Source: Acidothermus cellulolyticus 11B
GTDB lineage: Bacteria > Actinomycetota > Actinomycetes > Acidothermales > Acidothermaceae
Direction of reading: 5' to 3'
Length of the DNA: 32,000 nucleotides
Assembly (NCBI RefSeq): GCF_000015025.1
Contig: NC_008578.1
Location: forward strand, 960,001-992,000
Below the pieces are notes generated by a model, which was not told where the DNA came from, ran no database searches, and saw nothing but the letters and a program-made list of their open reading frames with translations. Each line of letters opens with the position of its first letter. The stretch's first letter is position 1. The translations under genes were made by a program, and so were the position numbers. Positions 9,161-17,456 of this stretch are shown piece after piece.

Positions 9161-10165
9161 TCAGGGAATCTCGACGACCTGGGCAGCATACGTGAGCCCG
9201 GCGCCAAAACCGATCAGCAGGGCCGGTTGCCCGCTCTGCACCTGGCCCTGCTCGATGAGCGCGGCCATTGCGAGCGGAATAGACGCCGACGAGGTGTTGC
9301 CCTGCGTCTCGATGTCACGGGCGATCACTGTGCTGGGCGGAAGGTCGAGTGCCTTTGCGAGTGATTCGACGATACGCAGGTTGGCCTGGTGGGGGATGAA
9401 CGCGCCCAGCTCAGCCGGCCGGACCCCGGCGAGGTCCAACGCCCGACGCGCCACCGGCGCCATCTGGGTGACGGCCCAGCGGAACACACTGGGTCCGACC
9501 ATCCGCAATGCGACCGGTTCAACGAGTGATCCGGCGGCCAATGCGCGCTGCACCTCGACGTACGTCGGCTGCTGGTAGATGAGCCGGGACTGTGAACCGT
9601 CGCTTCCCCATGCGACCGGGCCGATCCCCGGCCGATCCGCCGGACCGACCACCACCGCGCCAGCGCCGTCCCCGAAGAGAAAGGCCATGCCCCGATCCGT
9701 CGGATCGATGAAGTCGGTCATCCGCTCCGACCCGGCCAGGACGACGTACCGTGCGGCGCCGGAGCGGATCGCCGCGTCGGCCATCGCGAGCCCATAGCAG
9801 AACCCGGCGCACGCGGCGTTGAGGTCGTACGCCCCCGCCCGTATGGCGCCGATCAGGTGCTGAACTTCGCTGGATGCGCCGGGGGTCTGCAGGGGGTGCG
9901 AGCAGGTCGCCACGATGACGAGGTCGACGTCCTCCGGTTCGATACCGGCGTCGGCCAGCGCTTTGGCCGATGCGGCGGCTGCCATTGACACCACGGTCTC
10001 GTCGTCGCCGGCGAACCGGCGGGTGACAATCCCGGTCCGTTCCCGGATCCATGCGTCGGAGGAGTCGATTCGCTGGCAGATCTCGTCATTCGTGACGACG
10101 CGGGCCGGCCGGTATTCGCCGACCGAGAGGATGCGCGACCCCGGCGCGCCGGAGGCTGCGTTCAC
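9161..10165 (-). CDS. fabH: 3-oxoacyl-ACP synthase III (KAS III)
   Basis: Cys/His/Asn triad motifs LNAACAGFCYG, IPHQANLRI and GNTSSASIP. I chose GTG 10165, which overlaps the fabD stop (GTGA). The longer ORF to 10246 would overlap fabD by 85 nt. Confidence 0.88.
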   Translation of the reverse strand: MNAASGAPGSRILSVGEYRPARVVTNDEICQRIDSSDAWIRERTGIVTRRFAGDDETVVSMAAAASAKALADAGIEPEDVDLVIVATCSHPLQTPGASSEVQHLIGAIRAGAYDLNAACAGFCYGLAMADAAIRSGAARYVVLAGSERMTDFIDPTDRGMAFLFGDGAGAVVVGPADRPGIGPVAWGSDGSQSRLIYQQPTYVEVQRALAAGSLVEPVALRMVGPSVFRWAVTQMAPVARRALDLAGVRPAELGAFIPHQANLRIVESLAKALDLPPSTVIARDIETQGNTSSASIPLAMAALIEQGQVQSGQPALLIGFGAGLTYAAQVVEIP

Positions 10166-11370
10166 GCGAACACCTCGTCGGCTCTCGGATGCAACCGGAC
10201 GATCGGCTGGCCCGGGGAGATCGGATCGCCGTTCTCGGCTAACCATTCGACGATCACAGCATCATGGGCGGTGACGATCTCGGCCGCTTCCCGCTTGGCA
10301 ACCACCCGGCCGAGCACGGTGCCGGCGGTCACCTGCGTGCCGAGGTCCAGGGCCGCGCGTTCCAGCGTTCCGGCGATGGGCGCGACCAGCAGCCGCCAGC
10401 TCGGCGCCATGCTCGGCTCCAACTCGTGCCGATGCCGTTCGAGCAGTTCCTGGGCGGCGGGAATGTCGTCGGGTGTCTTGAGCGCGAGGGTCTCCACACC
10501 GGGCAGGGCCCTCCGGATCAGGCCGGTCAGCGTTCCTGCCGGGGGCAGCTCGATGACCGCAGTAACGCCCAGCGCGCCCAGTGTCTCCATGCACCGATCC
10601 CAGCGCACTGGCGCCGCGACCTGCTGGACAAGCCGGTTGATGACGTCCCGGCCGTGCTGGACGACCGTGCCGTCGGCGTTGGAGAGCAACCGCGTGTGCG
10701 GTTCGCCAACCGGCATTCCCGCGGTGAGCTCACGGAGCCGATCGACAGCACTCGCCATGTACGCGGTGTGGAAAGCTCCGGCCACCGCGAGCGGGCGGAG
10801 CCGGGCGCCCTCCGGTGGGTCCGCAGCCAACGCGGCGAGATCGTCGATCGTGCCGGCAGCGACGATCTGGCCGGCACCGTTCATGTTCGCCGCGGTGAGC
10901 CCGTGTTCGGCAAGCTTTGCCTGGACGGCGGCCGGGTCGCCGCCGAGGATCGCGGTCATCCCGGTGTCCCGCAGCGACGCGGCCCGGGCCATGGCCCGGC
11001 CCCGTTCCCGGACGAGAACCAGGGCGGCTTCCACCGGCAGGACGCCGGCGACCGCGGACGCGGTGAGCTCACCGACGCTGTGGCCGGCGACGGCGGCGAT
11101 GTGGTGGGGAAGATTGTCGAGGACGGCGTGCGGATCGTCGTCCGGCAAGAGAGTGGCGGCTGCGGCAAGCCCGGCCGCGACGATCAGTGGCTGGGCGATC
11201 GCGGTGTCTTTGATCTCGTCTGCGCCGGCCTTGGTGCCCAGGTGGACGAGGTCAAGGTCGACGACGGCGGACCACCAGTTGAGAAGATCGGCAATTCGTG
11301 GCACATCCAGCCACGGAGTGAGCAGGCCGGGCGTCTGTGCCCCTTGGCCTGGCGCAAGGATCGCAAGCAC
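10162..11370 (-). CDS. fabD: Malonyl-CoA:ACP transacylase with C-terminal biotinyl/lipoyl-like domain (fusion)
   Basis: N-terminus LAILAPGQGAQ and active site GHSVGE give a FabD core of ~300 aa. A further ~85 aa resemble a biotinyl/lipoyl hybrid-barrel (LVAPIAGTL...GTVLGRVVAKREAAEIVTAHDAVIVEWLAENGDPISPGQPIVRL). There is no stop between the two parts. Confidence 0.88.
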   Translation of the reverse strand: MLAILAPGQGAQTPGLLTPWLDVPRIADLLNWWSAVVDLDLVHLGTKAGADEIKDTAIAQPLIVAAGLAAAATLLPDDDPHAVLDNLPHHIAAVAGHSVGELTASAVAGVLPVEAALVLVRERGRAMARAASLRDTGMTAILGGDPAAVQAKLAEHGLTAANMNGAGQIVAAGTIDDLAALAADPPEGARLRPLAVAGAFHTAYMASAVDRLRELTAGMPVGEPHTRLLSNADGTVVQHGRDVINRLVQQVAAPVRWDRCMETLGALGVTAVIELPPAGTLTGLIRRALPGVETLALKTPDDIPAAQELLERHRHELEPSMAPSWRLLVAPIAGTLERAALDLGTQVTAGTVLGRVVAKREAAEIVTAHDAVIVEWLAENGDPISPGQPIVRLHPRADEVFA

Positions 11371-11499
11371 GTCTCTACTCTGCCGCCCTCGGTGCGCTGC
11401 GTCGTTGCCGATCGGTACGAAGTCGGCTCCCGGTGTTTGTAGGAATTCTCTAATGACGGCGGCTCTCCGGTGAGCGTTCGGGCCGGTCCGGGGTGGCAG

Positions 11500-12675
11500 T
11501 CACGGCTTCTCTTCGGTGAGCCGGCCGTACACCAAGGCGAGGTGGAGCGCGAAGGCGTCGCGAGGATCCGTCGGGCTGTATCCCGTCAGATCCGCCACCC
11601 GACGCAGCCGGTAGCGCACCGTGTTGGTGTGGATGAACAACATCCGGGCCGTCGCCTCGAGCGAGCCGGCCTGCTCAAGGTACGTCGCCACAGTGTCGAC
11701 GAGTCCGGCCGCCACCAGCGGCTGGTAAATCGACTCAACGAGCGCTGTGCGAGCCAGCTCGTCACCGTCGAGTGCCCGCTCCGGCAGGAGGTCTCGGGCG
11801 TGAACCGGGCGGGGGAGCGACGGGCGGGCCCGGGCGGCCCGCAATCCGGCAAGTGCCTCGCGGAGCGCCGGTCCCGCGGACACCAGATCCGTTGCCGTTG
11901 GCCCGATCACCACCGGCCCCGGGCCGAACTGTGCGAGCAGAGCCCGCGACGCGTGCATCGGATCAGCCACCCCGCCGAGGACGGCGATGAGCCGGTCCCC
12001 TTGGACGCCGGCGAGCACGTCCCAACCGGCGTGCCGAGCCGCCCGCCGGACGCCGTCGACGACGACCTCCGGCTCGTCGTCCGGGGTCATGCCCACCACG
12101 ACTGCAACGGACGTCGGGTTGCGCCACCCGAGTGCCGCCGCCCGGGATCGGAGCACGTCGCCGGCCTCGCCGCGCACCAGGGCGTCGACGATGATGGCTT
12201 CAAGCCGGGCGTCCCAGGCGCCGCGGGACTCCGCCGCCTGCGCGTACACCTGCGCCGCGGCGAAGGCGACCTCGCGGGAGTAGATGAGGATCGCTTCCCG
12301 TAACGGGCCGACGTCCGGCGGCTCGACGATCCGCTCGACGGCGTCCTCGACAACGTCGACGGTGATGCGGACCATCTCCACGGTCTGCCGGAGGCTCACC
12401 GTCCGGGCGAGGTCCCGCGGGGCGGTGCCGAAGATTTCGGCGGTGATCTCCCTCGACCGATCCGGATGCTTGAACCAGTTGACGAACGCGGCAATCCCGG
12501 CCTGCGCGATCAACCCGACCCACGACCGGCTCTCTGCCGGTAACGCCTGGAACCACGGCAGTGTCGCCTCCATGCGGGCGACCGCTTCGCGGGCCAGCTC
12601 ACCGGCCGCCCGCTCGAGGGCGCGGGCCGTCGTCGCACGGCGGCGAGGTTCCATACCGAGGGCGGGCGCGGTCAC
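11500..12675 (-). CDS. fasR: PucR-family transcriptional regulator, FasR/MabR-like
   Basis: C-terminal PucR HTH (ARMLFIHTNTVRYRLRRVADLTG). Sits immediately upstream of fabD, as for Streptomyces FasR and mycobacterial MabR. Start is GTG 12675 or ATG 12654. Confidence 0.75.
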   Translation of the reverse strand: MTAPALGMEPRRRATTARALERAAGELAREAVARMEATLPWFQALPAESRSWVGLIAQAGIAAFVNWFKHPDRSREITAEIFGTAPRDLARTVSLRQTVEMVRITVDVVEDAVERIVEPPDVGPLREAILIYSREVAFAAAQVYAQAAESRGAWDARLEAIIVDALVRGEAGDVLRSRAAALGWRNPTSVAVVVGMTPDDEPEVVVDGVRRAARHAGWDVLAGVQGDRLIAVLGGVADPMHASRALLAQFGPGPVVIGPTATDLVSAGPALREALAGLRAARARPSLPRPVHARDLLPERALDGDELARTALVESIYQPLVAAGLVDTVATYLEQAGSLEATARMLFIHTNTVRYRLRRVADLTGYSPTDPRDAFALHLALVYGRLTEEKP

Positions 12676-12779
12676 GATGGCAGGCTACGAGATCGCGGCT
12701 CATCCCGGGAGAAGGCTCGTCTCGCGGCGTTCGGGTATCCGGCGCGTGGTCGCGAGCGGCGGCGATGCGAGCCGGCGGG

Positions 12780-13226
12780 CTACGGCAACTGGTAGATGAC
12801 GCGGCGCCAGGGAGCGCCGAGGGCGAGGTATTCCCGAGGGCGGAGCACAGGCTGGGCGTACGCAGCGGCCAGGGCGTCCCGGACCGCCTTCAGTGCTGTC
12901 TCCACGATCGTCGGATGCAACGTGGCGGACGAGACCCGGGCGATCGCCTGCGGCTGGGTGAGGACCTCATCGAACGCCTGCTCGATCGTGGCGAAATCGT
13001 GCAGGACGTCGACGACCAACGGCGCATCGACCGACAAGGCGCGGGCCCGGATTGCCGCAAGGTAGGGCGTGTTCCGCCACAGCCGGGCCAGCCCGGTGAT
13101 CTCGCGCTCGCGGAGCATCGTCGCCCGGCGGCGGATCGCGAGAATCTCGCCGCGGTTCGGGTGCTCGTCGAGAGATGCGACGCGGACCACCGGTCGGCGT
13201 CCGTGCAGCCACGGCAGAATCGGCAT
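12780..13226 (-). CDS. Hypothetical protein
   Basis: ORF with strong third-position G/C bias and a balanced amino-acid composition, unlike the overlapping plus-strand Arg/Pro-rich ORFs. I recognise no family. Start taken at the internal ATG (MPILPWLHG); 13286 is possible. Confidence 0.5.
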   Translation of the reverse strand: MPILPWLHGRRPVVRVASLDEHPNRGEILAIRRRATMLREREITGLARLWRNTPYLAAIRARALSVDAPLVVDVLHDFATIEQAFDEVLTQPQAIARVSSATLHPTIVETALKAVRDALAAAYAQPVLRPREYLALGAPWRRVIYQLP

Positions 13227-13412
13227 GTGCGCGCTCCTCGACGGTTTCTCATCTGGTCGGCACCCGCGCGCCGGGTGAATAGGCATTTTTTAGCAAACCG
13301 CCCGCGGACTACCCGAACTGCCTGGGTCGGGTGGTCCGGCCGGTCGGCGTGACGGTCGTGGCGACGATGACGGTCGGCGTCTCCCGGTCGCCGGCTGCGT
13401 CAACAGGACGAC

Positions 13413-14213
13413 GTGACGGTGGTAGCAACCATGCCCACGGTTGACCGTCGACCCGCGACGGCACGGTACGAGACGCGATCCCCAGGGATCGTGTCCCGGC
13501 ACTCCTTCTCGTACGGTCGGCACTACGATCCGGCGAACATCGGTTTTGGCCCGCTGATCGCCCATAACGATGAGGTTCTGGAACCCGGCGCGGGTTACGG
13601 CTGGCACGGTCATCGCGGGATCGACATCCTCACCTGGGTGCTGACGGGGGCGCTCCGACACAGCGATGATCTCGGCAACATGCGAACGCTGGTCGGCGGG
13701 CAGATGCAGGTTCTGCACGCCGGGCACGGTGTGCGGCATTCCGAGCAAAATGCGGCAGCCGGCGTGACCCGATACCTGCAGATGTGGCTCACGGCCGATG
13801 ACACCAGCGAACCCTGGTATCAGACCCCGGCGCCGGCGCAGCGGATGCGCGCGGACGGCTTCGTGACCGTTTTCACCCGTCACGATGCCCGGCTGGACGT
13901 CGCGTGCCTGCCCGCGGGCGGCACGGTGGAGCTCGCGTACGACGAACTCGCGCATCTTTTCGTCGCCACGGGGCGCGTCACGGTCGCCGTCGCCGACCGG
14001 CACGTGCTCGGCGCTGCGCCTGCCGGTATCGGCGGTCCAGATCCGGGCTGGGTGCTGGACGACGGTGATGCGGTCCGGCTCACCGGTGCGGCCACCGTTG
14101 TGCTCTACGCCGTGACCGAGGCGGAGGTGTTCGGCTGGTCGCTGAAATCCTCGCCGTCCGGTGCTGCAACCTCCTCCGACTTCGGCGAGACTAGGCAGCA
14201 TCATGTCCGGTAG
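13413..14213 (+). CDS. Pirin-family protein
   Basis: Pirin cupin motifs SRHSFSYGRHYDP, WHGHRGIDILTWVLTGALRHSDDLGN and LHAGHGVRHSEQN. Start is GTG 13413 or ATG 13431. Confidence 0.85.
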   Translation: MTVVATMPTVDRRPATARYETRSPGIVSRHSFSYGRHYDPANIGFGPLIAHNDEVLEPGAGYGWHGHRGIDILTWVLTGALRHSDDLGNMRTLVGGQMQVLHAGHGVRHSEQNAAAGVTRYLQMWLTADDTSEPWYQTPAPAQRMRADGFVTVFTRHDARLDVACLPAGGTVELAYDELAHLFVATGRVTVAVADRHVLGAAPAGIGGPDPGWVLDDGDAVRLTGAATVVLYAVTEAEVFGWSLKSSPSGAATSSDFGETRQHHVR

Positions 14214-14228
14214 GTAAGGAGGGTATTG

Positions 14229-14678
14229 GTGAGCACGACCGCGGGCCACGCGGAGGGGCAGCGAAGCTCCGTCGAGCTTCGGCTCCGGGCCGAGAAGCTG
14301 GGTTTCTCGGCCGGGCAGGTCGTCCAGGAAATCGGGTACGACACGGACGTCGATGAGGATCTTCGGCGGGCGATTGAAGAAGTCACCGGCAACGCGCTTG
14401 TCGGCGCGGATTATGACGACGTTGTGGACGCCGTTCTCCTCTGGTGGCGGGATGGCGACGGTGATCTCGTTGATGCCTTGGTCGACGCGCTCACGTCCCT
14501 GGCCGACGGCGGCACCGTCTGGGTGCTGTCGCCCAAGGCAGGCCGACCGGGCCACGTCGAGCCTAGTGACATCACCGAAGCCGCCCCGACCGCGGGACTC
14601 GCGCAAACCAGCACGGTGAGCGCCGGCCGGGACTGGTCCGGTGCGCGGCTGGTGGCGCCGCGGTCGAAGCGACGGTGA
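14229..14678 (+). CDS. DUF3052-family conserved actinobacterial protein
   Basis: Typical DUF3052 sequence (KLGFSAGQVVQEIGYDTDVDEDLR...VLLWWRDGDGDLVD...). RBS AAGGAGGG lies 5 nt before GTG 14229. Confidence 0.75.
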   Translation: MSTTAGHAEGQRSSVELRLRAEKLGFSAGQVVQEIGYDTDVDEDLRRAIEEVTGNALVGADYDDVVDAVLLWWRDGDGDLVDALVDALTSLADGGTVWVLSPKAGRPGHVEPSDITEAAPTAGLAQTSTVSAGRDWSGARLVAPRSKRR

Positions 14679-14814
14679 GCGGCGTCGTCCCCGGAACGCG
14701 CGGTGGACGGCGCAATCGAGCGGGCTCATGAACGGAATCGGCGTTCTCGCGCTGGTCTGACGGTCACCTCGTCGCGTGCACGGTTTGGCCGCGCTGCCGT
14801 AGGCTGCGGCTCGC

Positions 14815-14886
14815 GGGCGCGTAGCTCAGTGGAAGAGCACCCGGCTTACAACCGGGGGGTCACAGGTTCGAACCCTGTCGTGCCCA
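14815..14886 (+). tRNA. tRNA-Val (anticodon TAC)
   Basis: I folded a 72-nt cloverleaf by hand. Acceptor stem is GGGCGCG/CGTGCCC (one G-U), D arm GCTC-AGTGGAA-GAGC and anticodon arm CCCGG-CTTACAA-CCGGG. T arm is ACAGG-TTCGAAC-CCTGT with discriminator A. CCA is not encoded. Confidence 0.9.
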
Positions 14887-15045
14887 CGCATCTGCTCGGC
14901 TGGTTCCGGGGTCGCCGTTGATCGAACCGTAGAGCTGCGGCGTCGAGACAGCGCCCAGGTCGGCGTTGGTCCGACGGTGTCCCATGGATGCGTTCCTCGT
15001 TCACCCGCGATCTCGGGCATCTGCACGTCCGGCGGCTGTCACCGA

Positions 15046-15075
15046 TTGACGTCCCCTGACCGTCCGGCCTAGCGT
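15046..15075 (+). promoter_or_regulatory. Putative sigma-70-type promoter of nitrilase gene (TTGACG-N18-TAGCGT)
   Basis: -35 TTGACG at 15046-15051 and -10 TAGCGT (TANNNT) at 15070-15075, ~35 nt upstream of ATG 15110. Confidence 0.45.
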
Positions 15076-15081
15076 AAGGAA

Positions 15082-15093
15082 GCAAACGATTGT
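15082..15093. promoter_or_regulatory. Operator-like site A, GCAAACGATTGT (motif RCAAACGRTTGC)
   Basis: CG-centred near-palindrome 6 nt downstream of the putative -10. One of five intergenic copies of the motif. Confidence 0.55.
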
Positions 15094-15109
15094 GAACTGG
15101 GAGGTGCGG

Positions 15110-16222
15110 ATGGGTGATGAATACCCGACCGTGCATGCCGCGGCTGTCCAGGCGGCCTCCGTCTTCCTCGACCGGGAACGGTCGACGCAGAAGGCTTGTC
15201 GACTGATCCGGGAGGCGGGTCGCGGAGGCGCTGACATCATTGGTTTTCCGGAGGGATTCATTCCGGCGCATCCCATCTGGTTTCACTTCCACCCCGCAAC
15301 GGGGTCGATCGCGACCGAGCTGAGCGTCGAATTATTCAAGAACGCCGTTGAAATCCCGGGACCGGAGGTAGTCGAGCTGCAGCGGGCAGCGGCTGATGCC
15401 CGCGCCTACGTTGTCGTTGGCGTCTGCGAGAAACGCCCCAATACGTTCGGCACGCTGTACAACAGCCAACTGTTCATCGGACCGGACGGTACACTTCTTG
15501 GCTGCCGCCGTAAGATCACGCCCACCGTGGGAGAGCGTCTCGTGCACACCGGCGGCAGCGGGGACGGTTTGTCGGTGTTCCGGACGGATTTCGGGCCGGC
15601 GAGTGCACTCATCTGCGGAGAGAACTCCAATCCGCTGGCCATTTTTGCGCTGACCGCGCAATACACCCAGGTGCACGTCATGAGCTGGCCGTGTCACTTT
15701 CCGACAACCGGCGCCCCGATGCGCGACCGGGTCTCGGTGGATTCCCGGGCCTTCGCTCAGATGACCAAGGCATACGTCATGAGCTGCTGTGGAACAGTCG
15801 ACGAGACCGCTCTCGCGAAGCTTCGTCTCAGCCCGGACGACGAGGAACTCATCCGCCGCCCCGACTTTTGCGGCGGATCCCTCATCGTCGCACCGGATGG
15901 TCGGGTGATTGCCGGACCACTCGGCAACGAGGAAGCCATCCTCTACGCGGATTTGGATCTGGAACTCGGGATTCGGATGAAATTGCGTCACGATTTCGCC
16001 GGGCATTACAACCGCCCGGACATTTTTGAGCTTCGGATCCGCACTGCGGAGCCTCGACTGCTCACCGTCCGGGACACTGCCGAAAATCCGGTTCTCGAAC
16101 AGGTCGAGGGCCCTGCGCGGGCCGAACAAGTTTCTGCACCGGTGCGGTTCGCCGTCGAGCAGGGCGGCCTGCCGAGCCTAACCGGTGGTCTCGGGGTAGA
16201 CGTTGGCGGTGAGCAGCACTAG
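15110..16222 (+). CDS. Nitrilase-superfamily carbon-nitrogen hydrolase (nitrilase-like)
   Basis: Nitrilase-type N-terminus HAAAVQAASVFLDRERS. Glu-Lys-Cys triad context: GFPEGFIP, CRRKITPT, LICGENSNPL. RBS GGGAGG lies 5 nt before ATG 15110 (GTG 15092 is an alternative). The 3' end overlaps the convergent cupin gene by 45 nt. Confidence 0.85.
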   Translation: MGDEYPTVHAAAVQAASVFLDRERSTQKACRLIREAGRGGADIIGFPEGFIPAHPIWFHFHPATGSIATELSVELFKNAVEIPGPEVVELQRAAADARAYVVVGVCEKRPNTFGTLYNSQLFIGPDGTLLGCRRKITPTVGERLVHTGGSGDGLSVFRTDFGPASALICGENSNPLAIFALTAQYTQVHVMSWPCHFPTTGAPMRDRVSVDSRAFAQMTKAYVMSCCGTVDETALAKLRLSPDDEELIRRPDFCGGSLIVAPDGRVIAGPLGNEEAILYADLDLELGIRMKLRHDFAGHYNRPDIFELRIRTAEPRLLTVRDTAENPVLEQVEGPARAEQVSAPVRFAVEQGGLPSLTGGLGVDVGGEQH

Positions 16223-16528
16223 ATCGCCGGTCGAATCGGCCCAAAGACCGTGGGGTTCCCGGATGTCGGTGACAATGAGATCGCCGGGTTCGATCGCCCT
16301 GCGTTCCTTTCCAACCATCGCCTCACCGCGTCCCTGGAGAACGCAGAAAACGTGTTCGTAGTCGTCGATATGTGGACCGAATGCTCCGCCGCGCTCGATC
16401 CGGGTGAGCGAGAGTCGCGTTCTGCCGCCGCGTTCGGTGGGCAGCAGCAGGTACGAGGTCACTTGATCAGCTCCTCGGCGCTCAACGTGTCGCCAACCAT
16501 TTTCCTCGGGAGTAAAGATCCGGCCCAT
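16178..16528 (-). CDS. Cupin-domain protein
   Basis: Small beta-barrel protein with cupin-like motifs (GAFGPHIDDYEHVFCVLQGRGE, IEPGDLIVTDIREPHG). RBS GAGGAGGA lies before ATG 16528. Confidence 0.7.
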   Translation of the reverse strand: MGRIFTPEENGWRHVERRGADQVTSYLLLPTERGGRTRLSLTRIERGGAFGPHIDDYEHVFCVLQGRGEAMVGKERRAIEPGDLIVTDIREPHGLWADSTGDLVLLTANVYPETTG

Positions 16529-16704
16529 CGTCGTCCTCCTCGCGGGCGAAACTCCTCGTCGCGCCGACACGCAATGTGTCGAGCAGGGCTTCCGTCGACG
16601 GAGTGGCTCCTTGGCTCCTCGATGCTATGACCTTTCGTGGTGCAGTGTCACAGCGTCCACAGAGAACCCCTTCGCGTAGCACGGGCATCTAGAGGAAGGA
16701 TGCA

Positions 16705-17172
16705 ATGGCTGGCGGATCAGTGTTCGTCAAGGAAATCGTTCGAGTGCCGGGACTCGAGGAGACCGCCGAATTCGGGTACTCGCAGTGTGTGCGGGCCGGG
16801 CCGTTGGTCTTCATCGCCGGGCAGTGTGGACTGAACGAGCGGCATGAGGTCGTCTCCAGCGATTTCCTCGAGCAGGCGCGGACTGCACTCGATCGTGTAC
16901 ATGCCGCGGTCCGGGCGGCCGGTGGAACGCTCGGTGACATCGTCGCGATGACCGTCTTTCTCACGGACACCAGCCTTGGTCGGATCTTCACGGCGCTCCG
17001 GAGGGAGTACTTCGGCGGCGACTTCCCGGCGAGCGCCTTGATTGGCGTGCATAGTCTCATGCCTACGGGTGCGATGATCGAGATTCAGGCGATCGCCGTT
17101 CTTGGCGCGAGCGGTCAGCCAAATCCGACCGGTGGGCCGAACGATTGCGGACGACGCGGCTTCAGGCCGTAA
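16705..17172 (+). CDS. RidA/YjgF-family reactive-intermediate (enamine/imine) deaminase-like protein
   Basis: YSQCVRAGPLVFIAGQCG ... DIVAMTVFLTD ... IEIQAIAVL is typical of the RidA family. RBS AGAGGAAGGA lies upstream. Confidence 0.85.
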   Translation: MAGGSVFVKEIVRVPGLEETAEFGYSQCVRAGPLVFIAGQCGLNERHEVVSSDFLEQARTALDRVHAAVRAAGGTLGDIVAMTVFLTDTSLGRIFTALRREYFGGDFPASALIGVHSLMPTGAMIEIQAIAVLGASGQPNPTGGPNDCGRRGFRP

Positions 17173-17177
17173 AGCCT

Positions 17178-17189
17178 GCAATCGTTTCT
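17178..17189. promoter_or_regulatory. Operator-like site B1, GCAATCGTTTCT (reverse complement AGAAACGATTGC)
   Basis: Matches the regulon motif. Lies 6 nt after the RidA stop, at the start of the 304-bp non-coding leader. Confidence 0.4.
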
Positions 17190-17444
17190 TCCAGACATTG
17201 ATCTCGAAAGAGGCCTGCGCACTGCGGTCGAGTGACAGGAGCCTCCCGACGTGCACCGGCCGACGGTGCGATGTCACCCGGCATGCGCGCCAGACAGCGC
17301 AGTTCCGCCACGCATGTGCGACCGAGGACGCCGTCCGGGCCGGGTGCTTCGCCGACAACGTCACGGAAATGTTGCGACCGTATTGGACGGCTGTGCCGGC
17401 TCTTGACTTGGCTCGGAACTCGGCGGATGCTAAGGCTCAAGCAT

Positions 17445-17456
17445 GCATCCGTTTGC
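17445..17456. promoter_or_regulatory. Operator-like site B2, GCATCCGTTTGC (reverse complement GCAAACGGATGC)
   Basis: Matches the regulon motif, 21 nt upstream of the permease GTG. Its left part pairs with CGGATGC at 17424-17430 as an inverted repeat. Confidence 0.5.

Noticed and set aside
11371-11499. FasR binding site or promoter in the fasR-fabD spacer (AT-rich TTTGTAGGAATTCTCTAATGAC)
   Set aside because: It contains a GAATTC core but no convincing extended palindrome. I do not remember the FasR/MabR consensus well enough to call a site.
13290-14729. 479-aa minus-strand ORF spanning the pirin and DUF3052 genes
   Set aside because: It is antisense to two plus-strand genes with clear family signatures. 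Its translation is Arg/Pro/Gly-rich and has no recognisable domain. This is the usual open antisense frame of high-GC DNA.
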